From assembly GCF_964194155.1 (NCBI RefSeq), contig NC_135894.1, positions 78,306,001 to 78,370,000 of the forward strand: DNA of 64,000 nucleotides, written 5' to 3'. Source of the DNA: Cetorhinus maximus (lineage: Eukaryota). Under the pieces are notes generated by a model that was not told where the DNA came from, made no database searches, and saw nothing but the letters and a program-made list of their open reading frames with translations. Positions within the stretch are counted from its first letter, which is position 1. Every line of letters begins with the position of its first letter. The translations under genes and the position numbers were made by a program. Below, in pieces: positions 14,197 to 25,722 of the stretch.

Positions 14197-15311
14197 CAGG
14201 TCTTTCTCGGAGGGTCGTGAATGTCTGGAATTCTCTACCCCAGAGAATTGTGGAGGCTAGATCACTGAAAGTATTTGAAGAGCAGTTGGATAAATTTTTG
14301 AAATACTGGGGAGTTGAGGGCTATGAGGAGCTAGCACAAAAGAGGAATTGAGGCCTGGGGCAGATCAGCCATGATCTTATTGAATGGCGGGGCAGGCTTG
14401 AGGGCCCGAATGGCCTACTTCTGCTCCTATTCCTTATGATCTTATGTTCTTATGGGTCAGAAAGTTGTGGGTACAAATTTCAGTACCGAGTACAAAAATC
14501 TAAGCTAACGTTGCCATATGGTTGAGGGAGTGCTATTTTGGAGGTTTTGTCTTTGAGACAGTTAAACTGAGACCCAGTCTGCCCTCTTGGGTGGATGTGA
14601 AAGATCCCATGACATTATTTCAAAGATGAGCAGGGAAGTTTCCCTTGGTATCTTGGCCAATATTTAGGCCTTAACCAAAATTACTAAGACAAATTATCCT
14701 GTTATTATCACATTGCTGTTCTTGGAACCTTGTGCAAATTTATGAGATGTGGACTGATGCGCTCAGAATTTATTGCCCATCCTTCCAATGAGAAGATGGT
14801 GAGCTGCCTTCTTGAACAAACTCTTGTGGCTTGCTAGACAATTAGGCAGTTAAGGATCATTCACATTGCTGCGGGGTTGAAGTCACATGTAAGCCAAATA
14901 ATGAACCAGACAGATCTTCAGTAATCCAATAGGTTCATGGTTACTATTAAGGATTTTTATTTAATGAGTTTTATTTAAATTCCCCGGCTGTCATAGCGGG
15001 ATTTGAACTTCTCCAGACCATTAGTATAGGCCTTTGTAATACTAGTCCAGTAACATATGCTACCCTACCCCAGTGACAACAGCAATGATTGTATTTCATT
15101 GGCTTTAAAGTGCTTTGAGATGGCTCCAGTCTTGAAAGGTGCTATATAAATGAAAGTTTCTCTTTCTTTCTCTTCTGTCACCATCTGGCCTGCTTGAGTG
15201 TGGGTGTATCTGAGCTTGTCTTTAGCAATTTAGGATGAGCGATGCTGCATGCCAGTAGGTGATTATTAGGTAATGGAGATAGTTTAAGTAAGTTATATTG
15301 GTATTTGTTGG

Positions 15312-16589
15312 TGTTAGGAATAACGTATATCTTTAATCTTTAAATTTAATTTGCATTTCTGTATTTGTGTGTTAAGAAAAAAGGGGAAGTTTGAGTTTTA
15401 GTTTCACTTTAAAAGATGCCTGCATTTTAATGAATGTTTTATGACTCTTGAAGGGGAGTTAAAACACAAGGTTAAAGCAAAACGTGCTGTTGCTTAGCAA
15501 CAAGAGGCCTCACAGAACCAGAAAAGTAGTTTCATTTCAGTTGAAACCAGGATTCCAGAAAGGCTGGACAGCAAAAGGACAGACAGCAAGTCCAAAACTA
15601 AAGTTGAAACCAGCTGCCAGGAGAAGCTGGACAGGAGAGGAAACTACAGGAGTAGGTTCCAGAAAGTGAAGAAAAAAGTCCCCAAATCCAGGGGACTGGA
15701 ACAGGAAAGGTCCCAAGAGGACAGTTTAGTCAAAGGACAAGGACAGTAGTCTGAAAAAGTTCCTGGTCTGTGGAAGTGAAAGTAAGGATTAGACAGATAC
15801 GCTCCAAGCTTAAAGAGAAGAAAGCTGCAGAATGCAGATTTAAAGCAATAGGCGTGCGAGAAGCCAGAACTCCAAGGTGACAGCTGAAAGTCTGTAATTC
15901 TTTACTATGAGCATGTAAAGCAGTGGTGTTCTGTTGACATGGCTGAGTTAATGAGAGAGAGTGCATAGAAGAAAGCTTGAATACACATGGTGATCCAGGG
16001 GAGAGGAACATCAGAAGGAGAGTTCAAAACCATGGAGGTGGGCCCTTGCAGAAGGCATCTGAGAGAAAGCATTGTTTGGGAGAAGATTCCAGAGCAAATT
16101 CTTCGAGAGTGGAGATTGGAAACCCTTGTGTGAAAGACAGAGTTTAGTGAGACCAGTTGGCTCATGCTGTGACAAGCATCTGGGGGGAGTTGAGGAGAGA
16201 TCCATAGCATCTGTTTAAGTTGGCATCTATCACTTGGTTTCAAAGTGTGGTGTGCCTGACCACAGGTAGCCTATTGGTTTACATTGACTCTGTAGTTACT
16301 GTGAACATTAGAGTATAAAATAGCTTTTATAACTTGTGTTATCCTTACAAATCTGTATATATTTGTAAAGATATAGTTGTGGGTGAAGGAGTATTATAAT
16401 ATAGTTCATTTTTTGCTGTTTAATAAATGTTTTATTCTTTTGTTAAAAGTTCATCAGCTGACTTCTGTGACTCTGTTCAGTCACCACTCTCCACATAGCT
16501 AAACAAAAAATAAAATTTAGGATCTATCAAGTCAGGTTCCACCCTGGGACCAGGCTTGTCCAGTAGTAACATCATCTGGGATCATTACA
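15312..16589 (+). mobile_element. Solo LTR-like element
   Basis: Begins TGTTAG and ends ATTACA. Purine-rich body, AATAAA at about 16422 followed by a T-rich tract. No clean TSD found. Confidence 0.5.
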
Positions 16590-17161
16590 CTGAAGACTTA
16601 CTTGGTGTCATTGGCCCATAGTGAGTGTGATTGTCTGTACATGAAGAATGTAACTACATCAAATGGAAAGACTTTTTGAGGGGAAATATATCTGAAGATT
16701 CAAAGGAACACTTACAAAGAAAAGTTACAACTGTGAAGCAGATCAGTATGAAGGACTTAAGGGATATTATCCTACATAAATAGACCCACCACAGGCATTC
16801 TTATAATGAGGAAATGCAATGAATTCAAGAAATGCTTTCATCAGTAAAATAACCACTTACTACAATTAGCCAACTACTTTCTTTTGCAAGTGACTCCACT
16901 GTCCTTCATGGCCTTTGTTTGAGTCTGACTGCTGCATGTATATATTTTCTCATAGGTAGTGAAGGGGATGAATAATAAGTTTCTAGTCTAGCCTCCTGTC
17001 AGTTTTCAGCACATTGACTGAGCCACCTCCCTGTATGTCAGTGCAGGAAGTTCACAAGCTAGCTGCAATCTTCCAATTGCAGGGCTCTAGCAGAATCTTG
17101 CAAAGCAACATTAACTTCCACCAAGCTTCCTACATACTTTCCTTTTCCTTGGGGAAACTGA

Positions 17162-17725
17162 GGGCAGAATTTTCCCTTAGGCTTCAGCACACCAGCGTCA
17201 GGACCAAATGAGGATCCCGAGCCTGAACTTGTCGGGAGGGAAACTGGGCAAGCAATCTTCCCAAAAGCAGTCTCCTAGTTGGCCGCCCCCGCACTCGCTG
17301 TATTATTAGGGATGGTGGGCAGGCTCCTGATGCTGCCAGCCCAATCAGATGGCCTTCAGCTTTGGAGCCTTGGTAGCCCCACCGAGAGAGGTGGGCGCTG
17401 CTGAGGCAAGTTGGGGATGGGAGGATGCCTCAGATTGACCAAGCCAGTAGGCTCCTCAATGCTGGGAGACCCCTTAGGCAGTGGCATTAGGGCTGTGGGT
17501 GTGGCCTTTCCTCAGGCATGAAGCTTCCAGCCTCCAAGGGCAGGTGGCCTCTGTGCACTGCTGGCAATGCTGAAGAATCACCCCTAATTGCCTGCCCAGG
17601 CCTTCCCGGGAAACTTCCCTGGCAGCAGGAATGCATCATGGAGCCAACCCAAAGTAGTTGCCCCTATTTTCCTGGTTCCCCTCACCTCCAAACCTGCCAT
17701 TGCAGGGTGGGAAAAAAATCAGCCC
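17162..17725. mobile_element. Harbinger-type MITE
   Basis: Termini gggcagaattttcc ... gaaaaaaatcagccc. TGA duplicated at 17159-17161 and 17726-17728. Confidence 0.75.
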
Positions 17726-17789
17726 TGAGCGAAGGGATTAAGCCCCCAATCCAGGGCCATCCTGGCTGGAAAGATGACAAGAACAATGG

Positions 17790-18170
17790 GCAAAGACATC
17801 TTTAAGGAATAAAAGTATCCCACCCTACCTCCTAGAGGCACAAGGAAACCAGATGCTGAGCCAAAAATGAAGAGGTTAGGAGGACAAACAAAAGCTTAGC
17901 TGAAAGGAGAACCAAAAGATGGAGGTGCAGAGGTCTTGAGAGAGAATTCCAGAGAGTTGGACTTAGTTGGGTGAAGATACACCACCAATTGTAGGCTAAA
18001 AGGAGAGGGGTGTGCACAACATAATGGAGTCAGAGGAACAGCAACTGCCAGGAGAGGTAGGTTGAAGGGCCGGAGGAAGTGAGCGAAGAAGTGGGGAGAT
18101 TTTGGTGGGATTTAAATGCAGAGAGAGTTGTGTTTTTGAGCCTTGGAGGACGGAAAGTTAATGTAGGTCA
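17790..18170 (-). mobile_element. L2-type LINE 3' fragment, decayed
   Basis: The minus strand reads ...SPTLWNSLSRPL... and is similar to the + strand L2 fragment at about 32280-32430. Confidence 0.5.
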
Positions 18171-19074
18171 GTGTGGGTGTTAATGCTTAACATCCCTCCA
18201 CCGGTATCATGACGACCTTCTGGCCGTCAATGTCCACCTCCCAGCTGGGAGTTCCTGATCTTTGTAGCCTGGAGTGTAACTGGAAGTCTCCAGCTCTCCT
18301 CCCTGTCCCTTCCACTAGTGGTAGACTCTGCTTGGGTTAGACTTGCAGAGGAGCAGGCAGGATGAACTGGGAGGGTTTGGTGGGGAGGGGTGGAGGGTGC
18401 TAGCAAGATCCTGCCTATGATTTCTCCCTGTCAAATGACATTGTCTACATCAAGCTGACAGCTCTATTATGTTGGGAGGCATGGAAAAGCAGCTATGTAC
18501 ATACAAGCCAGCCTGCAGCACTGAACTCTGTTATTGGTTTCATTGTCATTCACAGCAAGACATGGCAAATTCAAATCCAAAGGAGAAAAATAGAAATACC
18601 AGTGCAGGAGTAGGCCATTCAGCCCCTCAAGCCTGTTCTGCCATTCAATGAGATCATGCAAGATCTGTATCTTAACTCCACCAATCTGCCTTGGCTTCAG
18701 CAAGCTGATCACAACAGCACTGGCAACAACAACAGTGAAAACAATGAGGGTTTTGGATATTGGTGTTGAAGAAGATGGCAAACTTAAACGTATTGATGTC
18801 CAATTTTGTACTTGTATAAGATCTATCCTCTGATTAAAATGTGAGCTGTTAATCTGTATGGGAAGTCTGTACATAGCAAAAATATTGACAAAACAGGATT
18901 GCTGTTGCTAATATGGCTTTTGCAGTTGACAATACAGACACCCATTTCATAGTCGTCTACCTCTGATTTCCAGCATTGAGTCATAGGCCAGGATTTTCTT
19001 CGCCTGATCAGAATGGACGTTATTGGTGGCGAGATTGGAAAATCTCACGGGAAGGACCTTTTCCTGGCGATGTA

Positions 19075-19446
19075 GGGGGAGGCAGTGACATAGTGGTTTT
19101 GTCATTGGGCTAGTATTCCAGAGACCCAGGGTAATGCTCTGGGGATCCGGGTTTGAATCCTACCACAGCAGATGGTGGAATTTGAATTCAGTAAAAATCT
19201 GGAATTAAAAAGCCTAATGATGACCATGAAACTGTTGTCGATTGTTGTAAAAATCCATCTGGTTCACTAATGCCCTTTAGGGAAAGAAATCTGTCGTCCC
19301 AACGTGGTCTGGTCTACATGTGACTCCAGTCGCACAGCAATGTGGTTGACCCTTAATGCCTCTGAACAAGGGCAATTAGGGATGGGAATTAAACACTGGC
19401 CTAGCCAGTGATGCCCCCATCCTATGAACGAATTTTTTTTAAAAAA
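19075..19446 (+). mobile_element. tRNA-derived SINE
   Basis: B-box-like gggtttgaatcc at about 19149-19160. Core ccatctggttcactaatgccctttagggaaagaaatctg. 3' tail shared with the LINE at 62370-62436. Other copies at about 14760-15071(-), 51145-52150 and 61143-61250. Confidence 0.85.
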
Positions 19447-19644
19447 TTAATCCGGGAACCGACTTTTCCCTCCTCTGTAAATGGCAGGCCACGCTTCCCA
19501 CCATTGGGCGTCGGGAACATAATTTGAATGTATTTGCATATCATAATTGTGGCCACATGCCGGAATCACCCTCCCATGGCAAATTTAAATCCCACGTCGG
19601 CGTGATTTACAATTGCCTTTAAAAGGCATGCACCTGGTGACATA

Positions 19645-20336
19645 GGGCAGAATTTTGCCCTTGATGGGCGGGTGGGCCCCACCGACTCGGCGGCAGGCGG
19701 GCAGCCGATCGCCGCCGCCGCCGAAACGGGCCCCGCCACCATTTTAAGTGGGCGGGCCAATTGCGGGCCGCCCAACGGGAAGCGCTATGCGCTTCCTGTG
19801 TGGGGGGGAGGGATTCCCCAACTGCCAGAGTGCGCATGCACGCGATAGAGCACACTTCTACCTGAGGCTAAGTGCTGTCTCAGGGAGAGCGCTGAAAGTT
19901 TTTGAAAGTTTAAAGATAGAAAAATAAAAAAATCATTAACATGTCCCCACTCATGTGACAATGTCACACGAGATGGGACATGTTAATAAATTTCACTGAA
20001 ACTTTAATAAACTTTTTTTAAACCCTACATGAAACCTCATCCCGCCGGTGAATGAGGTTTCATGTTTTTTTCAGAAGCCTGCTGGGGCTCCTGGCCTTTG
20101 TGCCAACCTTAAGGTTGGATGGGTAGGCCCTTTAATTCATTTAATTATCCTGTCAATGGCCTCAATTGGCCATTGACAGGTCGGCGGGTGGACAGCTGAT
20201 TTTGCTGTCCCGCCGCCTTCCTGAATATTTAAGTGACACGGGATGATGTCGGGGGTTCCTCCCAACATCATCCCGTGTCATTTTCCCGTCAGCGAGCGGG
20301 CCCCGCCCCCAACTCGCCGACAGAAAACTTCTGCCT
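19645..20336 (+). mobile_element. Harbinger-type MITE (about 700-bp family) nested in Harbinger A
   Basis: Termini gggcagaatttt ... aaaacttctgcct, flanks ata/cta. Same internal hairpins as the copies at 13361, 43231 and 52960. Confidence 0.85.
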
Positions 20337-21279
20337 CTAAACGTTGAGGGGAGGTTGGAGGTGAATGTACACAACTTTGCGCAGTGTTTGCAGGGATCCC
20401 AGTGCAAGGAAGCAGCTCCGCGAATTCGGTGGGGGGGGCGGTGGTGGTCACAGGCGAGTCTCTACAGCAGCTTCTCCGTGGCTGACTTATGGTGCCGGGC
20501 CTAGGGCAACAGTGCTGGAGAGAAAGGAACCATGGGGCAAGGGCAACAGGGGAGGGGCGGGGTGGGTTACGGAAGTACAGACTAAAGGTTATACATAAAT
20601 ATATGCTGGATGCTGGGGGTGGGTGTGGGGCAGGGGGAAGAAGACAGCCAGGCAAATGGAAAAACATGTTCAAAGTTGAGCATGCTTCCACAGCTGAGAC
20701 CGTCTAGCTTGAGCTCGACTGACATGCTTGGAGTCAGGCTAGTCAAGCAACTGTGCCCACTCAAGCAGCACTAATTCCCAACAGTGCCAATGATTGCTCC
20801 TCTACTTTTAACACCTCACATGCACACTTCAAAATCGAATGAGTGCTATGGTGGGGCAAGCTTAAGGATCCCTTTGGGATTGGTGGCCATGGAGCACTGA
20901 CAGAGGGGTGCACTCCTAGTCTCTTGCATTATGCTTAAGTTGACATTAAAGTCACCCTCATGGCCCAAGCAAACCGCGAAGCCTTGGAATGCAGGTTAGG
21001 AAAATGCCTGCACCTGAGATGAGAGTTCAGGATGCAGTCGAGTGGCCAAAGCTGCTGCCATTCGGTCATGTGGTGTGGGGCGGTGCTGGGTGTGGACATG
21101 TGAGGCAACATGTGCACTAAACACTGGGCATCCATGTGGTGGCCTGGACTCTCCGGCATGTGTTAAGGGGCCTGGAGAGGCAGCCACAGGTAATGATTGA
21201 CCAAGGGTGGTCCATTGGAGACAATTGCTGACCCTCATGTTTCTCCCTTTGATACTGCAGTGAGGAGACCATCAGGAAG

Positions 21280-24200
21280 ATGGAGCCTGGTGATCTCACT
21301 GTCTGCCTCATTGTTTAAAGGCAGGAGAAGAGAAGGAGAAGGATACCAGGAGGCACCTAGCTCGCCAAAGGGAGGAGCAGAATCCTCAAGACCAAAGGTC
21401 GGCAGGTCTTCCTCCGCACACAGAAGATGAACCCCAGAGATCCGTTATTCTTAAGCGCATCACTAGACCCAGGGTCTCTAGATGCGCAGGTGAACCTGCA
21501 GATGAGCAAGAACCAGTGTCACCGATGACTGTGCATGTCAAGGGAACTGGTCAGTCACTTATGCCACCTTCTGCAGGATTTGGTGCCCACAGGGACTTGG
21601 AGGGCATCCACTGCCAGTGGCAGTAAAGGTGACTGCCGCACTCAATTTCTACGGCAGTGGCTCCTTCCAGGTCTCCACTGGGGACTCATGCGGGATCTTG
21701 CAAGCCTCCACCCATAAATGTATCCAGAAGGCCACGGACACCATTTTTGCCAAGGCGCACAACTTTGTCAACTGCGACAGAGATCAGGTGAGCCAGGAAG
21801 CAAGTGCACTGGGATTTGCTGAGATTTCCAGATTACCACAGGTACAGGGTGCTATCAACTGCATTCGTGTGGCTTTTAAATCTCTATAGAACCATAGAAA
21901 AGTTGCAGCACAGAAGGAGGCCATTTGGCCCATCTTGTCCATGCCAACCCGAGGACACCCAGGTGCCCTTTCTAATCCCACCTTCCTGCACCCGGCCCAT
22001 AGCCCTGCAGCTTACAGCACTTAAGGTGCAGATCCAGGTACTTTTTAAAAGAGTTTAGAGTTTCTGCCTCTACCACCAACTTGGGCAGCGAATTCCAGAC
22101 ACCCACTACCCTCTGCATAAAAAAGTTCTTCCTCATGTCCCCCCTACACCTTCTGCCACTTATCTTGAATCTATGTCCCCTGGTTCTAGAATTCTCCACC
22201 AAGGGAAACAATTTTATCCTGTCCACTCATTCCCCTCATCTATTCCCCTCATAATTTTGTACACCTCAATCAAGTCACCTCTCAGCCTTCTTTGTTCTAA
22301 GGAAAATAACCCCAACCTATCCAATCTCTCCTCATAGCTACACTTTTCTAACCCTGGCAACGTTCTTGTAAACCTCCTCTGCACTCTCTCCAGAGCTATT
22401 ACGTCCTTCCTGTAATGCGGTGACCAGAACTGCACACTATACTCCAGTTGTGGCCTCACCAGTGTTTTATACAATTCCAAAATTATAGCCTTACTTTTAT
22501 ATTCTATACCTCTGCCAATGAAGGAGAGCATTCCATATGCCTTCTTTACAACCTTGTCTACTTGAACTGCTGCCTTCAGGGACCTGTGTACTCGTACTCC
22601 AAGATCTCTCACTTAATCTACCCTTCTTAGTATACTCCCATTTATTTTGTAATCCCTGTAACTGTTTGACCTCCCTAAATGTATGACCTCACACTTCTCT
22701 ATGTTAAAATCCATCTGCCACTTTACCGCCCACTCCACCAAACCATCTATATCGTTTTGGAGATTATGGCTATCCTCTACACTATCCACTACTCAGCCAA
22801 TCTGTGTGTCATCTGCAAATTTCCCAATCGTGCCCCCCACGTTCACGTCCAAATCGTTAATATATAATACAAACAGCAAGGGTCTCAACACCGAGCCCTG
22901 TGGAACACCACTTGAGACAACTTTCCATTCGCAAGGACATCCATCGACCATTACCCTTTGTTTCCTGTTACAAAGCCAACCTTTTATCCAGTTTGCCATA
23001 TTACCCTGAATCCCATGGGCTTTTACTTTCCTGACCAATCTGCCTTGTGGGACCTTGTCAAATGCCTTGCTAAAATCCATGTACACAACATCCACTGCAC
23101 TACCTTCATCAACCCTTCTTGTCACTTCCTCAAAGAATTCAATCAAATTTGTGAGGCAAGACCTTCCTTTAACAAATCCATGCTGACCATCCCTGACTAG
23201 TCCATGTCTTTCCACATGACAGTTAATCCTATCTCTTAGGATTGATTCTACTAATTTGCTCACCACCGATATAAGACTAACTGGCCTATAACTGTTTAGC
23301 TTTTCCTTTGATCCCTTTTTAAACAATGGAACTACATTTGCATTTCTCCAGTCCTCCGGTACCTCCCCTGTATCTAGTGAAGATTGGAAAATCATGCTCA
23401 GAGCATCTGCTATCTCCTCCCTGACTTCCTTCAGCAGCCTCGGAAACAATCCATCTGGCCCTGACAACTTATCAACTTTCAAGTATTTCAACCCTTCGAG
23501 TACTTCCTCTCTCTTTATGACTATCTGTCCAATATCTCGCAGTGTTCCTCCTGGACTACTATATCTACATCCTCCCTTTCCTTTGTAAACACGGAGACAA
23601 AATATTCATTCAAAACCCTTCCCATAGCCTCTGCATCTACACACAAGTTTCCATCTTCATCTCTGATAGGTCCCACTTTTTCCTTAACTAACTTTTTAGC
23701 ATTAGTGTATTGGTAAAACATCTTTGGGTTATCTTTAACTTTACTTGCTAATCTTTTTTCATGCCCTCTTTTTTATTTCCATATTTCCTTTTTTACTTCG
23801 TCACTGCACTTCCTACATTCGTCTAGGCTATCTGCAGTGCTTAGTTCTTTGTGCCTATCGTACGCTCTCGTTTTCTGTTTAATCTTCCCCTGTATTCATC
23901 TAGACAACCAGGGGGTCTAGATTTAGCAGTACCACTCTTATTTTTGTAGGGGACATGTCTACTTTGTACAATTAGGATCTTGCTTTTTAGTGCTTCCCAT
24001 TGGTTTTCCGCTGTTTTATCCTCCAGCAGTGCTGTCCAGTCCACCTCAGCCAAGTCCCTTATCTTTTCTGCAAAATTTGCCTTCCGCAGTTCAAGACTTT
24101 TACTCCTGCCTTATCTCTGTCCTTTTCCATGGTAATGCTAAATCTAACTGAATTGTGATCACTGTCTCCGATATGGTCACCAACTGTCACTTCACCCACT

Positions 24201-25108
24201 TGCCCTTCTTCGTTCCCCTAGACCAGGTCTAGAATTGCATCTCGTCTCGTTGGGTTTGTCACTAATTGATTGAAAACATTTTCCTGGACACACTGCATGA
24301 ATTTTTCTCCCTCAGTGCCCCTCATATTGTTTGAATCCCAGTTGATATTAGGATAGTTGAAATCTCCAGCTATTATTGCCCTCTTGTTCTTACAAGCAGA
24401 AATTTGCCTACATATTTGTCCTTCTATCTCCCTTTCACTATTTGGGGGTCTGTAGTATACTCCCAGTAGTGTGACTGCCCCTTTTTTATTTCTAAGCTCA
24501 ATCCCTGGTAACAAGCAGTGCAACATGTGAACTGCAAACTTTTCCACTCTCTCAATGTTCAGCTAGTCTGCGACCATAATAAACGGACCATACATGTTTG
24601 TGCACAATACCCCAGAAGTGTCCAGGGCTCGTACATCCTCAGCAGGTCTCAGATCCCTGACATCTTCCAGGGACAACACAGGCTGCAGGGTTGGCTCCTC
24701 AGGGACAAGGGCTCCCTCCAAAGGACGTGGCTGATGACGCTTGTGCGGTGACCTCAGATTGCTGCTGAGAGAAGGTACAACAAGGCTCATGCTGCTCAAC
24801 CTGGTGGAGCACGCCATAAGGATCCTGAAAATGAGGTTCTGATGTCTCGACGTATCTGGTGGAGCACTCCAGTACACTCCCCAGAGGGTGTCACGCATCA
24901 TTGTGGCTCGCTTTGCATTACACAACCTGGCGAGGCAAAGAAGGGAGGACCTGGATGATGAGGAGATGGAAGAGCTGCACATCTCCTCTGATGAGGAGGA
25001 AGTCAAAGGGGATGAGGGTGATGAGGTCCTGAAGGCGAGGATGCAGGCAATGGGGCCATTGCACCGGAGAGTGCCTGTGAGCCCCTCATTGCCACAGGAT
25101 TCCAGTGA
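21280..25108 (+). pseudogene. Harbinger DDE transposase (HARBI1-like), disrupted by frameshifts and a CR1 insertion
   Basis: VKVTAALNFYGSGSFQ, PQVQGAINCIRV (normally GAIDCTH), FHSLNVQLVCD, LLRDKGS, IIVARFALHNLA and an acidic tail. Split at 21884/24504. Confidence 0.92.
21885..24503 (-). mobile_element. 5'-truncated CR1 LINE (end of APE endonuclease, RT and 3' UTR), about 2.6 kb
   Basis: Minus-strand ORFs contain GVYYRPPNS, GDFNYPNINW, LDLV, PGPDG-like, YRPVSL, QHGF, DFSKAFD, GVPQGSVL, FADD and LVRPQLEY. Tail ttctatggttctata at the left end. Confidence 0.96.
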
Positions 25109-25722
25109 GGACACTCCTGAGATCTTCACATTGCCTCTGGGAATGTCAGACACCTGTCTGGCTGAGGGCAGCGCACATATGCTCTGTAAAATGGGTCATA
25201 TCATGGAGACGTTGCTGAGATACAGCGGGCACAAGAACTTTAACAGCACTTGATCCTTTGGCAGACTTCATCAGCTGTTCCCTTCAGCAACACACCTTTA
25301 CTCATCAGGAATGTTGATAAGATTGGGGGTGGATTGGGGGGGGCAGCCCCGCCTCTAAGATGCTGAGAGCGCACAGAACACATCATGGAACCCTGCAGCG
25401 CTTGGGTACAAGATTCTTGAGGCAAACATAAGCCACATCAATGTGCAGGCTTCACTGATCTGGAGAGTGACTTTGAAGCCAGACAATCAATGTGCTCGGA
25501 AGGCTACACACTGCCCAGGGGAGAGGCCCTGGACTGAGACACTTGCCTTCATTTTGTGCAGGAACCAAGGTTTCACATCTGAGTGACACGAACATCCTAA
25601 CATGGAGCCATGGACAAGGAGACATTCTTGGGAGTGTATTTACAATAGTCTACATTAAGTACAAGTGATTATCACCCATGCCCAGGCTGTGCATGTACAT
25701 CTTCTTAACCCTCTAAAAGAGT

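Larger units (their letters stand above)
12858..14452 (+). mobile_element. 5'-truncated, internally deleted CR1 LINE (RT fragment plus 3' end)
   Basis: ORF 12883..: DWKTANAMPMFKK..NYRPVDLTSVIGKMLE..QHAFVKGK..LTNLLEFF..VVYLDFQKAFDTVPH. 3' end with cttatgatcttatgttcttatg tail at 14433-14454. Confidence 0.9.
12824..15170 (+). mobile_element. Deu-domain SINE split by a CR1 insertion (about 12858-14452) and an antisense tRNA-SINE (about 14760-15071)
   Basis: Head ...gccactgagt (12857) resumes as gggtcagaaagttgtggg at about 14454. Deu core at about 14530-14690. Tail gtgctatataaatgaaagtt at about 15140-15158. Confidence 0.65.

Noticed and set aside
19075-19170. tRNA gene
   Set aside because: It is the tRNA-derived head of a SINE and continues into the SINE core and tail. 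No complete cloverleaf.
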